DNA of 64,000 bases from contig CAWGRU010000017.1 in NCBI GenBank assembly GCA_963825065.1, positions 23,458 through 87,457 of the forward strand, given 5' to 3'. Shown one piece after another: positions 17,674-26,087 of this stretch. The notes under the pieces were generated by a model. That model saw nothing but the letters and a program-made list of their open reading frames with translations, was not told the origin of the DNA and ran no database searches. Made by a program: the position numbers and the translations under genes. This stretch comes from an uncultured Gemmatimonadales bacterium (GTDB lineage Bacteria; Gemmatimonadota; Gemmatimonadetes; Gemmatimonadales; GWC2-71-9). How positions within the stretch are numbered: the stretch's first letter is position 1; the number at the start of each line of letters is the position of its first letter.

Positions 17674-20412
17674 TCAATGCGCCAGCGAGTCGAGCAGTGC
17701 CTGGGCCTCCCTGGTGCGTTCGTTGCCGGGGCCGAAACCGCTGGCGAGCGCCCGGAGCGCTCGCCCGGCCGCCTCACGAGCCTGGCGGGAATCAGATTCG
17801 GCGTGGAGTGCGCGCGCCCGGAGCAGCTCGGCCCGCCCGACCAGACCGCTCCGTGAACGCGCGAGCGAATCCACCGCGGCCGCCGCAATCGCGAGTTGGG
17901 CCAGCGAATCCGCCTTGCGGCTGTTTCCTGATGCCAGGCGCCACTCGCCGGCGGTGATGAGCGGCAGCGCCAAGTCCGGCGGGAGCCTCGGCCCCGGTCC
18001 GGACAGCTTCCGGATGTTCTCCTCCAATGCGGCGCTGGCGCCAGCCGAATCGTGCAATTCCCATCGCACCCGAGCCTGGTACATCGCGGTGAGCGCATCG
18101 AGCCCGTGACTGCCATGCGGCATGGTCTGGAGGGCACGGCGAGCCTCGGGCAGTCGGTGCTGGTCCAGCCGGAGCTGGGTCTGGGCGATCGAAAGCCAGG
18201 TGGAAAGTCCACCGGCTCCCTCAGTCGTGTCGCGCATGCTGCGGGTGATCCAGAGATCGGCGGAGTCGAGTTCCCCGCTGCGGAGATACTCGTTGCCGAG
18301 CATGAAGGCCAGGATGGTCGCGGGGTGACCGGCGCCGTGAATCGCCTCCTGTTGCCGGACAATCCCGGCCACGGTCGACTCCGCGACCGCGAACTCGCCC
18401 AATTCGTTGAGCGTTGAAACCAGGAACGAGAGCGCATTGGGGAGGATGTCGGTCTCGACATAGCCCGCCGAGTCGAGAGCCACCACCTGTTGCCGCTGAA
18501 GGCGGCTTGCCTCCCGGGTCCGGCCGCCGGCCCGGAGGGCCTGGGCGAGGTCGTTGGTGAGCTGGAGCCGATCGGTGCTGAGCGGGGCGCCGGACCCGGC
18601 GGCGGCCTCGGCTCGCGCAACGGCCTGGGTGAGCAGCGGAATCGCGGAATCGGGGTGCCCTTCCTCCACCAGCAGCTGACCTTCGGCATCCCGACAGCGA
18701 ATCTCGACCTCTTCGGAGCGGGGATTGGATTCGGCCATCGCGGCCTTGGCCTCGGCGAGATCGGTCCGGGCCGAGTCGAACATGTCATCGTAGGCGAAGC
18801 TGTAGACTCGGAGACACGAAGCCAACGCCAGTTGCCGGGGAACCCCGGCTTCGCGCGCCAGGCGCTGCGCCTGGGCCAGGATGCTGCGCTGCGTTTCCCG
18901 GTCGCCAGACTCATAGAAACTTCCGGACAAGTCGACCATGACCTCCACGACGAGCCACGGCTCGTCGCGGAATTGCCGCTGCAATACCCGCAGCGCGAGC
19001 GCGATCCGTTCCGACGCCGAGAGCTGCCGCCCATCGGCGCCGCGTGAGTCGCTCGCGAGCACACTCTGCACCGCATTCAAGGCGTGCTGGCGCTCCACCT
19101 CCTGGATGGCCACATCCCGCTGGCGTCGCGCCTCCCGGGCCTGCAACGCCGTGGTCACCGCCGCCCCGATGAGGGCCAGCGCGACCATGACGGCGGTCGC
19201 CACCGATCCGCGGTGGCGGCGGACGAACTTCCCCGCCCGATAGCTCCAGGCATCGGGTCGAGCCGACACCGGCTCGTGGGCGAGGTAGTGGGCCAGATCA
19301 TCGTCCAGATCCCGGACCGTCAGGTACCGCTGGGCCGGATCCTTCCTGAGCGCCTTGGCGAGGATATTGTCGAGGTCGCCGGTGAGGATCCGCTGCAGCC
19401 GTTCGGGCGACGCAGCGCGAGCCGCGGCCATGGCGAGTGCAGCCTCCCGGGAGAGCGCCGCGCTGGGTGTCACCGCCCTCGAGAGCTGGCCGGGATCGGT
19501 GTCCAGGATGGCCACGACATGCTCCGCGGGAGTGTGGCAGCCTCCGCTGGTCGGGTGCCGTCCGGCCAGGAGCTGGTAGAGCACCACCCCGAGGCTGTAG
19601 ACGTCGGTCGCAGTGGTGATGGGATCGCCGCGGATCTGCTCCGGCGCGGCGTACTCGAAGGTGAGCATGGTCTCACGCGAACCGGTGAGCGCGCTCCGCG
19701 CCGGGCCGCCCTCCTCCAGCAGCTTGGCGATGCCGAAATCGAGCAGTTTGACCGTGCCGTCCGCGGTCACCAGGATGTTGGACGGCTTGAGATCGCGATG
19801 CACGATGAAATTGGCGTGGGCGTGCGCCACCGCAGCCAGCACCTGCTGGAACAGCCGGAGCCGCCCCTCCACCGGGAGCCGGCGCTCGTCGCACCAGACA
19901 TCGAGCGGCTTGCCATCAACGTGCTCCAGCACCAGGTAGGGCTGGCCAGCCGCGGTCACGCCCGCGTCGAGGAGCCGCGCGATGTTGGGATGTGCCAGGC
20001 GCGCGAGGACGCTGCCTTCGCGGCGGAAGCGGGCCTCTCCCGCAGACCCCGCGACCGCCAGGCTCAGGAACTTGATCGCGGCGACACCTTCGAAGCGGCG
20101 ATCGTCGCGGCGGGCGAGCCAGACCGAACCCATCCCGCCCTGGCCCAACGGCCGCTCCAGCACATAGGCGCCGAGCCGCTGCCCGGCCAGCGACGAGACG
20201 GTCGGCAGCTCGGGGGCCTGCGCCTCACTCAGGAATCCATCCTGATCGAGCCTGGGTTCGAGATCCAGCAGCGCCTCGAGCTCGGACGCGAGGGTGGGAT
20301 GACTGACCCGCTGCTCGGCGAGCCAGGCGGAACGCCGATCGGCCGGGAGCTCGAGGGCCTCATCGAGCAGCGGGCTCAGCTCCGCCCAGTGCTCCTGGCT
20401 GAACCGCTTCAT
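17674..20412 (-). CDS. Ser/Thr protein kinase with N-terminal helical extension, one TM and a long TPR-like tail
   Basis: Kinase motifs are present: GQGGMGSVWLA, VAIK, IVHRDLKPSNILV, DFGIA, APEQ. A TM segment (VATAVMVALALIGAAV) is followed by about 480 aa of helical repeats. It lies 49 nt downstream of an ECF sigma gene. Confidence 0.9.
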   Translation of the reverse strand: MKRFSQEHWAELSPLLDEALELPADRRSAWLAEQRVSHPTLASELEALLDLEPRLDQDGFLSEAQAPELPTVSSLAGQRLGAYVLERPLGQGGMGSVWLARRDDRRFEGVAAIKFLSLAVAGSAGEARFRREGSVLARLAHPNIARLLDAGVTAAGQPYLVLEHVDGKPLDVWCDERRLPVEGRLRLFQQVLAAVAHAHANFIVHRDLKPSNILVTADGTVKLLDFGIAKLLEEGGPARSALTGSRETMLTFEYAAPEQIRGDPITTATDVYSLGVVLYQLLAGRHPTSGGCHTPAEHVVAILDTDPGQLSRAVTPSAALSREAALAMAAARAASPERLQRILTGDLDNILAKALRKDPAQRYLTVRDLDDDLAHYLAHEPVSARPDAWSYRAGKFVRRHRGSVATAVMVALALIGAAVTTALQAREARRQRDVAIQEVERQHALNAVQSVLASDSRGADGRQLSASERIALALRVLQRQFRDEPWLVVEVMVDLSGSFYESGDRETQRSILAQAQRLAREAGVPRQLALASCLRVYSFAYDDMFDSARTDLAEAKAAMAESNPRSEEVEIRCRDAEGQLLVEEGHPDSAIPLLTQAVARAEAAAGSGAPLSTDRLQLTNDLAQALRAGGRTREASRLQRQQVVALDSAGYVETDILPNALSFLVSTLNELGEFAVAESTVAGIVRQQEAIHGAGHPATILAFMLGNEYLRSGELDSADLWITRSMRDTTEGAGGLSTWLSIAQTQLRLDQHRLPEARRALQTMPHGSHGLDALTAMYQARVRWELHDSAGASAALEENIRKLSGPGPRLPPDLALPLITAGEWRLASGNSRKADSLAQLAIAAAAVDSLARSRSGLVGRAELLRARALHAESDSRQAREAAGRALRALASGFGPGNERTREAQALLDSLAH

Positions 20413-20461
20413 GGAGACCGCCTCACCAGCAACGGGAAGAGGGAAAGAGGAACGGCGATGC

Positions 20462-21028
20462 TCAAGCCGCTGGCCCGGCGTCCCCGGGAGCGCGAGCGAG
20501 CTCCCGATGCAGTATGAGCCGCGCCTTGCGCCAGTCGCGTTGCACCGTGCGATCGCTCACCCCGCGGAGCCCGGCGATCTCGACGAACGACAGGCCGCAG
20601 AAGAAGTGCAGGTCGACCAACTCCGTCAGCGCCGGATCCACGGCCGAGAGCCGGTCCAGCGCCTCACTGACTCCCTCCAGATCCAGGCCGCCCGCCTCGA
20701 TGTCAGGCACCTGCTCGTGGGCGAGCGGGAGTAGCAGGAACTCGCCGCCGCGTTTGGAGGCGGAACGCCGGCGGGCGTAGTCGACGATGAGCCCGCGCAT
20801 CGCGCGCGACGCATAGCCGAGGAAGCGGGACCGGTCGGGAAACTGCAGCCCAGACCGGTCGGCGATATCGAGGTAGAGCTCGTGCAGGAGCGTCGTGGTG
20901 CCGAGGGTGAAGCCGGCGTCCTGGTGATTGAGCAGCCGCCCGGCCAGCCCGTGCAGCTCCCGGTAGAGGAGCGCGAAGAGCGCGTCGGTCGAGTCCGGGG
21001 GCGTACCTGGCGTTTCGGCTGGCGGCAT
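20462..21028 (-). CDS. ECF sigma factor (PF07638 / ECF43-like type)
   Basis: I moved the start to ATG 21028 (MPPAETPG...). Contains LLHELYLDI ..., DRSRFLGYASRAMRGLIVDYARRRSASKRGG, and a C-terminal region-4 HTH (SFVEIAGLRGVSDRTVQRDWRKAR). Confidence 0.85.
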   Translation of the reverse strand: MPPAETPGTPPDSTDALFALLYRELHGLAGRLLNHQDAGFTLGTTTLLHELYLDIADRSGLQFPDRSRFLGYASRAMRGLIVDYARRRSASKRGGEFLLLPLAHEQVPDIEAGGLDLEGVSEALDRLSAVDPALTELVDLHFFCGLSFVEIAGLRGVSDRTVQRDWRKARLILHRELARAPGDAGPAA

Positions 21029-21233
21029 GGGAGCCACGGAAGGTAGTCCCCCAATATGCAGGCCGGTCGGACGGACGGCGAGGCAGGGTGTTCGGGGACA
21101 TGCGGGCTCCTGCGCCAGGGGGCGAACCGGCTCACTGCCCCCTTGTATCGCGGTGGCGGGGGAAAACCCGACATGGGGAACGACGGGAGGGGAGGACGGG
21201 AACGGCAGCAGCAGATACCCCGAAGAGCGACGC

Positions 21234-21255
21234 GGGGTGGTGGGGTGGGGTGGGG
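21234..21255 (+). other. G-quadruplex-forming motif (four GGGG runs)
   Basis: GGGGtggtGGGGtGGGGtGGGG with loops of 4, 1 and 1 nt, on the plus strand. It partly overlaps the terminator stem at 21252-21274. Confidence 0.4.
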
Positions 21256-21274
21256 CGGAGCCCGACTCCGCCCC
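21252..21274 (-). terminator. stem-loop immediately after the repeat-lipoprotein gene
   Basis: GGGGCGGAG-cccga-CTCCGCCCC (9-bp perfect stem), 9 nt beyond the stop at 21283 on the minus strand. There is no U-tract. Confidence 0.5.
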
Positions 21275-21282
21275 CACCGGAG

Positions 21283-22419
21283 CTATTCGATCACCAGGAC
21301 CTCGAACTGGGTGTCGCGGAAGTTGCCGGTGATGTCGCGGCATTCGACGTTGGCCTTCAGGGCGGACGCGAGACTGGTCCACGACAGCACCGCGCAGTTG
21401 GTGTAGACCGACGCGAAGGGAGTCACCTGCACCGTCTCGGTTTGGCCTGCGGGACGCTGCAAGCCGGTGAAGGTCACCGCGTAGCGGCCCACCGCCGACC
21501 GGGTGGCACGGATCCCCTTCCCGGAGGAGTTGTGCGAGAAGGAGGTGTTCGGGACATACGAGGCAACGGTGCTCCGGTTGGCAAAGGCGTACCCGATCCG
21601 CTGCCCCGGGCGGCCCGCGCCGACCTGCAGCACCTGGTAGTCCGCGTCCTCAGCGAAGCCACCGAAGGAATCGAAGCAGCGGACCCGTGCGGTGGCGGGG
21701 AGCCAGGCCCCGATCTGGCACTGACTGGGGGTCAGCCGCGAGTTGACGAAGTAGCTCGAGCCGGCGGGATTGCCGGTGCCGAAGTTCACCCGGTAGTTCC
21801 CTGGCAGCGAGTCGTGGAAGATCGTGATCGCGCTCCCGGCGCTGCTGTAGCTGAAGTTGGGATCGGGGGTGTAACTCGGCGCGAATGGATTGTTGGCGTA
21901 GGTAAAGCCGGAGCGAGCCGGCAGCGAGTTGCTCCCCACCGCCAGAATGGTGAAGCGGCTGTCGATCCCGGTGCCCTGGACCGGGTCGATGCAGAAGACG
22001 TTCACTGTGATCGACGTACCCGAAATCGTATAGAACCCGGCGACGCAGTGAGCCCGGGTCGGGCCGTAGGGCGTCACGATGAACGTCTCGGTCTCCCCGG
22101 CCGCGCGGCCGAACCCGCCGAAGGTGACGGCGTATCCTGCGCCCGGGCCGGAGTGGGTGATCCGGATGCCACCGCCGGAGGCGTTGGAGCTGAGCGTCGG
22201 CGCGTAGCCGGCCGAGGTGGGATTGTCAGCGAGCGCGTAGGCGAATCGATTGCTGAGCGACGTGGCGTTCGCGGTGACGGACCCGATCTGCGCAGCGTCG
22301 GCCTCGATGGCGGCCGGTTCGACCGCCTGGTCGGGATGGCAGCCGAGGACGAGTGTGGTGGAGAGCGCGCCGAACAGCCACCGGGTGGCGGTGCCGTAGC
22401 GGGTGGTGTACGTGGTCAT
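21283..22419 (-). CDS. lipoprotein built of three ~105-115-aa tandem repeats, unknown function
   Basis: ATG 22419 is preceded by GAGG. The signal/lipobox is RWLFGALSTTLVLGC. There are three repeats (about aa 58-168, 169-273 and 274-378) sharing [FY]A.AN...(S)Y.P...S..S.G..I.......G.Y.V.F.G......T..V.....C......V.C.D..G...D..F.VL, with two conserved Cys each. Confidence 0.7.
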   Translation of the reverse strand: MTTYTTRYGTATRWLFGALSTTLVLGCHPDQAVEPAAIEADAAQIGSVTANATSLSNRFAYALADNPTSAGYAPTLSSNASGGGIRITHSGPGAGYAVTFGGFGRAAGETETFIVTPYGPTRAHCVAGFYTISGTSITVNVFCIDPVQGTGIDSRFTILAVGSNSLPARSGFTYANNPFAPSYTPDPNFSYSSAGSAITIFHDSLPGNYRVNFGTGNPAGSSYFVNSRLTPSQCQIGAWLPATARVRCFDSFGGFAEDADYQVLQVGAGRPGQRIGYAFANRSTVASYVPNTSFSHNSSGKGIRATRSAVGRYAVTFTGLQRPAGQTETVQVTPFASVYTNCAVLSWTSLASALKANVECRDITGNFRDTQFEVLVIE

Positions 22420-22597
22420 CCCTGCCTCACGAACGATGGAAGTGTGGCCGGGGCCGGCTGGTGGCGGCCCGATGCCTGAGTGACGCGAGGGACGGGGTGG
22501 CATTCTCATTTCGCTGAGCGGGCTGGCGAGGGGCTGCCCTCCGCCACACATTGACCCGCTCGCTGCCGCCACCGCCCTTTCCGACACCGAGGGCCCA

Positions 22598-24628
22598 ATG
22601 CCAGACCCGCGCGCCTTGCTCCGGCTGTTGCCGCTGCTATCCCTCCTGGCTGCGCCGCTCGCGGCGCAGCAGCCCTTCACCCTGGAGCAGCTGCGCCGCA
22701 TCGTCGGCGTGGGCGGGGTCGAACTCGCGCCGGATGGGCGCACCGCCGTGGTGACCGTGACCCGGCCCAACTACGAACGCGACCGCAACGAGTCGGAGCT
22801 GTATGCGGTGGAGGTCGCGTCGGGAGCCATCCGGCCCCTCACCACCAACCGGCGGACCGTCACTCAGGCGCAGTTCGCGCCCGACGGCAGGACCCTGGCC
22901 TTTCTCTCCCCCGACAGCGCCGGCCGGATGCAGATCTGGTCGCTCCCCATGAACGGCGGCGAGGCGCGCCGCCTGACTTCCCATCCGACCGGGGTCGAGC
23001 AGTACAGCTGGCGGCCCGACGGCCACGCCATCGGCTACGCCGCGGCCGATGAGGCGCCCAAGCGCGAGGGCGAGGCCCGCCACCTCACCACCTTCACCGT
23101 CGGCGCCCAGGACCTGTTCCTGCGGGAGAACATCCAGCCCCAGCACATCTGGCTGCTCGACACCGACAGCCTGGTGACGCGGCGCCTGACAAGCGGCGCC
23201 TGGTCGCTCGAATTCGTGCTTCCCCCCGGCAGCCCGCCTTCGCGGCTCTGCTGGTCGCCCGACGGCAGGGAGATCGCCTTTGTGGCGGTGGTCGCCCCCG
23301 AATCGGGGAAGCTCGACTCGGTGCATGTCGAGCTGCTCAACGTCGCCACCGGCGCCATCCGCTCCCTCACGTCGGCTCGCCGGTTCGAGAACAATCCGGT
23401 CATCTCCCCCGACGGCAGGTCGGTGGCCTACTGGTATCCGCGGGAGGGACGGGGCGATCTCGCCTGGGAGAACGAGGTGTGGATCGCGCCCATCGGCGGC
23501 GGGGACGGCCGCAGCATCACCCGCGGCCTCGACCGTAATCTCTTCGGGGCGCAGTGGATGCCTGACGGCAGGTCGCTGCTGGTGGTCGGGAACGACCGGA
23601 CCAGCGTCGGGGCGTGGATCCAGCCGGTGGACGGCCCCGCCCGCCGGCTCGACACCGGCGACCTGGTCATCAACGGCGCCTTTGGCTACGACATCGCCGT
23701 CGCGGCGCACAGTCCGGTCATCGCCTTCACGGCAACCACTCCGAACCGCCCCTCCGAGCTGTACGTGATGGATTCACCGGCGGCGAAGCCCCGCCGGCTC
23801 ACCGACTTCAACGGCTGGGCGAAGGAGATCAGCTGGGGGAAGCTGGAGCGCCTGACGTGGACCTCCGATCAGTTCGAGGCCGATGGCGTCATCGTCCTGC
23901 CGCCAGGCTTCTCGGAGAGCCAGCGCTATCCGCTGGTGCTGCTGATCCACGGCGGGCCGACCTCGGCGTCAAAGCTCTCGTTCGGCGCGCTGGCGCAACT
24001 GATGGCGGCCGAGGGGTGGATCGTCTTCCAGCCGAACTACCGGGGAAGCGACAACCTCGGGAATGGCTTCATGACCGCGATCGTCAACGATGCCGGCGCG
24101 GGGCCGGGCCGTGACGTGATGGCGGGGGTCGCGGCGCTCCGGAGCAGGAGCTACGTCGACCCGACCAGCACCGCCGTCACCGGCTGGTCGTACGGCGGCT
24201 TCATGACCAGCTGGCTGATCGGCAACTATCCCGACGAGTGGCAGGCGGCGATGGCGGGCGCGCCGGTCACCGATTGGGAGGACCAGTACAACTTCGGGGA
24301 CGGCAGTATCGCCCTGCGCTACATCTTCGGCGGTTCGCCGTGGACCGATGGCCGGCAGCAGGCGTACCGGGAGCAGTCACCAATCACCTACGCCACCCAC
24401 ATAAGGACCCCCACGCTGGTGATGTCGAATATGGAGGACTTCCGGGTGCCGCCGACCCAGGCCTTCCGGCTCTACCGGGCGATGAAAGACAACGGGGTGG
24501 AGACCGAATTCATCGGCTTCACCGGGCGGACCCACGCCTCGGCCGATCCGGTCAATGCGCGGGAGCGGGCACGGCTCTGGGTGGACTGGGTGAGGCGGCA
24601 CCTGCGGAAAGGGCAGCCGGTGCCGTAG
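22598..24628 (+). CDS. S9-family serine peptidase (prolyl oligopeptidase / acylaminoacyl-peptidase type) with N-terminal beta-propeller
   Basis: It has a signal peptide and PD40/TolB-like propeller repeats (FAPDGRTLAF, WSPDGREIAF, ISPDGRSVAY, WMPDGRSLL). The C-terminal alpha/beta hydrolase domain carries the GWSYGG nucleophile motif. Confidence 0.9.
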   Translation: MPDPRALLRLLPLLSLLAAPLAAQQPFTLEQLRRIVGVGGVELAPDGRTAVVTVTRPNYERDRNESELYAVEVASGAIRPLTTNRRTVTQAQFAPDGRTLAFLSPDSAGRMQIWSLPMNGGEARRLTSHPTGVEQYSWRPDGHAIGYAAADEAPKREGEARHLTTFTVGAQDLFLRENIQPQHIWLLDTDSLVTRRLTSGAWSLEFVLPPGSPPSRLCWSPDGREIAFVAVVAPESGKLDSVHVELLNVATGAIRSLTSARRFENNPVISPDGRSVAYWYPREGRGDLAWENEVWIAPIGGGDGRSITRGLDRNLFGAQWMPDGRSLLVVGNDRTSVGAWIQPVDGPARRLDTGDLVINGAFGYDIAVAAHSPVIAFTATTPNRPSELYVMDSPAAKPRRLTDFNGWAKEISWGKLERLTWTSDQFEADGVIVLPPGFSESQRYPLVLLIHGGPTSASKLSFGALAQLMAAEGWIVFQPNYRGSDNLGNGFMTAIVNDAGAGPGRDVMAGVAALRSRSYVDPTSTAVTGWSYGGFMTSWLIGNYPDEWQAAMAGAPVTDWEDQYNFGDGSIALRYIFGGSPWTDGRQQAYREQSPITYATHIRTPTLVMSNMEDFRVPPTQAFRLYRAMKDNGVETEFIGFTGRTHASADPVNARERARLWVDWVRRHLRKGQPVP

Positions 24629-24640
24629 GGGTGGAAACAA

Positions 24641-24669
24641 CAAGGGGCCTCCAGTTCGGAGGCCCCTTG
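24641..24669. terminator. bidirectional intrinsic terminator between convergent genes
   Basis: CAAGGGGCCTCC-agttc-GGAGGCCCCTTG, a perfect 12-bp stem. It is flanked by AAACAA on the left, which reads as a T-rich tail on the minus strand. Confidence 0.75.
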
Positions 24670-24685
24670 CTGTGGTCTGCGGCGT

Positions 24686-25585
24686 TCAGGAACAGTGCGC
24701 CGGGCCGAGGAGGCCGTTGTTGAAGTTGTCGAGGGTGCTCATCCAGCCCAGGACCTGCGACTTCTCGGCCTTGGTGAGGCCGCTCCAGTCGCCCGAGTCG
24801 TGGGTGGTGAGGAAGAGGTTCGCCGCCGCGATTTCGCTGGCGACGGCCGAGCCGGAAACGCCATTGGCGATGCTGAGCTGGGCGCCCAGCAGCTGGGCAT
24901 ACAGCTTGTTGATGCCGTTCGACGCGGCGAACACATTGTTCGACCCGCTGAAGCTCAGCAGCTGCACGGCCAGGGCCGCGGAGGTGACGTTGATGCTCTT
25001 GCCGCCGCCGTTGCCCAGCAGGATCGGCAGCAGGGGCGTCACCACATCCGCCTGCGGTCCGAACCCGGCGTGGGTCTTCCAGTAGCCGATCGTGAAGGTG
25101 CAGCCGCCGGTCGGAATCGGCAGGTTGTAATAGGTCCAGGTGATGCCGGCGGTCAGGCTCACGCTGCCGCTCACCGTGCTGGTGCCGGTCAGGGTGGTCG
25201 TGACCGGAGTGGCCGTGGCGTTCGCGATCGTGGTGACGTCGATGTGATCCAGGAAGAAGCCGGGGTCGGCGGCAATCTCCGTGGCCGATGCGGTGACCGT
25301 GCCGTTGGCCGGCTTGAACCCGACCACGACGCAGTCGCCGTCATTCAGGTGCGGCGTGGTGGTGCCGGCAACCGGCCAGGACGAGGTGACGCTGAAATCC
25401 GCGCCGGAGCCGACCTTGCAGAGGGTGATCGCCTCAGCAGTCGGCTGCGACGGCGAGCCCGGCGGCGGACCGACGACCGTAGCCTGGGGGATGGAACCGG
25501 TCGGCATGCTGCTGTCGGCGCAGCCCGACAGTACCACGAGACCGAGCACCGTGAGCGAAGCTACGAGCAGCTTGGCAAACTTCAT
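24686..25585 (-). CDS. lipoprotein of unknown function
   Basis: Starts at ATG 25585 (MKFAKLLVASLTVLGLVVLSGC, a perfect lipobox). A Thr/Gly/Val-rich beta-type N-domain is followed by a helical C-domain containing GYWKTHAGFGPQ. I recognised no family. Confidence 0.65.
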   Translation of the reverse strand: MKFAKLLVASLTVLGLVVLSGCADSSMPTGSIPQATVVGPPPGSPSQPTAEAITLCKVGSGADFSVTSSWPVAGTTTPHLNDGDCVVVGFKPANGTVTASATEIAADPGFFLDHIDVTTIANATATPVTTTLTGTSTVSGSVSLTAGITWTYYNLPIPTGGCTFTIGYWKTHAGFGPQADVVTPLLPILLGNGGGKSINVTSAALAVQLLSFSGSNNVFAASNGINKLYAQLLGAQLSIANGVSGSAVASEIAAANLFLTTHDSGDWSGLTKAEKSQVLGWMSTLDNFNNGLLGPAHCS

Positions 25586-26087
25586 GGCTTGGGGGACCAA
25601 CCGCTGGGCAACGTGCGGAGATACCGGTGACGAGCTGGCACGGGTCCGGATGCTCGCGCGGGCGGGGTTCCGCTCCATCGGCAGCCGCCGATTTCGCGCC
25701 ACTTCGCTGTGCCCGCGCCGGCACTTTCCAACCGGCTCTTCGGGCAACGGCTGTGCCGGATGGGGAGCGGGCCTAGGTGCCTCTGCGCATGGCGGATAGC
25801 TTCTTTGCCGCCCTGGCGCAGGACTCCATCGTGGCGGCAGATCAACAGCAGCAGAACCGGAAGCTTCACTCCCTTCTCAGCCCGGCCTCATGTCTCCCGT
25901 GACCTGATGCCACCTTGCCCGAAGGTCCGTCGAGGCGCCATGCGCGTCCGTCGGTCGCTGCGGGATGGGAGACGCGAAGCACCCCTCTCGGTTCCCGCGA
26001 AGCACACCCACCCGCATCCGATGGAGGTCTGCCGGAGCGTAGCCTGCGTGGCGCGGTAGACGGCGGCAGCAGCCCCGCCGGAGGACC

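Noticed and set aside
19084-20517. 477-aa plus-strand ORF opposite kinase 17674-20412; the same applies to 30039-31997 (652 aa) opposite kinase 29892-32534 and 56250-58166 (638 aa) opposite the TPR ORF
   Set aside because: All are antisense to ORFs with unambiguous kinase or TPR motifs and have Arg/Gly/Pro/Glu-biased composition.
25636-25654. Second TGGCAC motif (TGGCACGGGTCCGGATGCT) as a sigma-54 promoter
   Set aside because: There is no TTGC-like -12 box at the required spacing. The match is to the -24 half only.
25789-25902. 37-aa ORF (MADSFFAALAQDSIVAADQQQQNRKLHSLLSPASCLP) in the 620-nt gap
   Set aside because: It has normal-looking composition and high GC3, but no SD, no homology I recognise, and it is too short to support from sequence alone.
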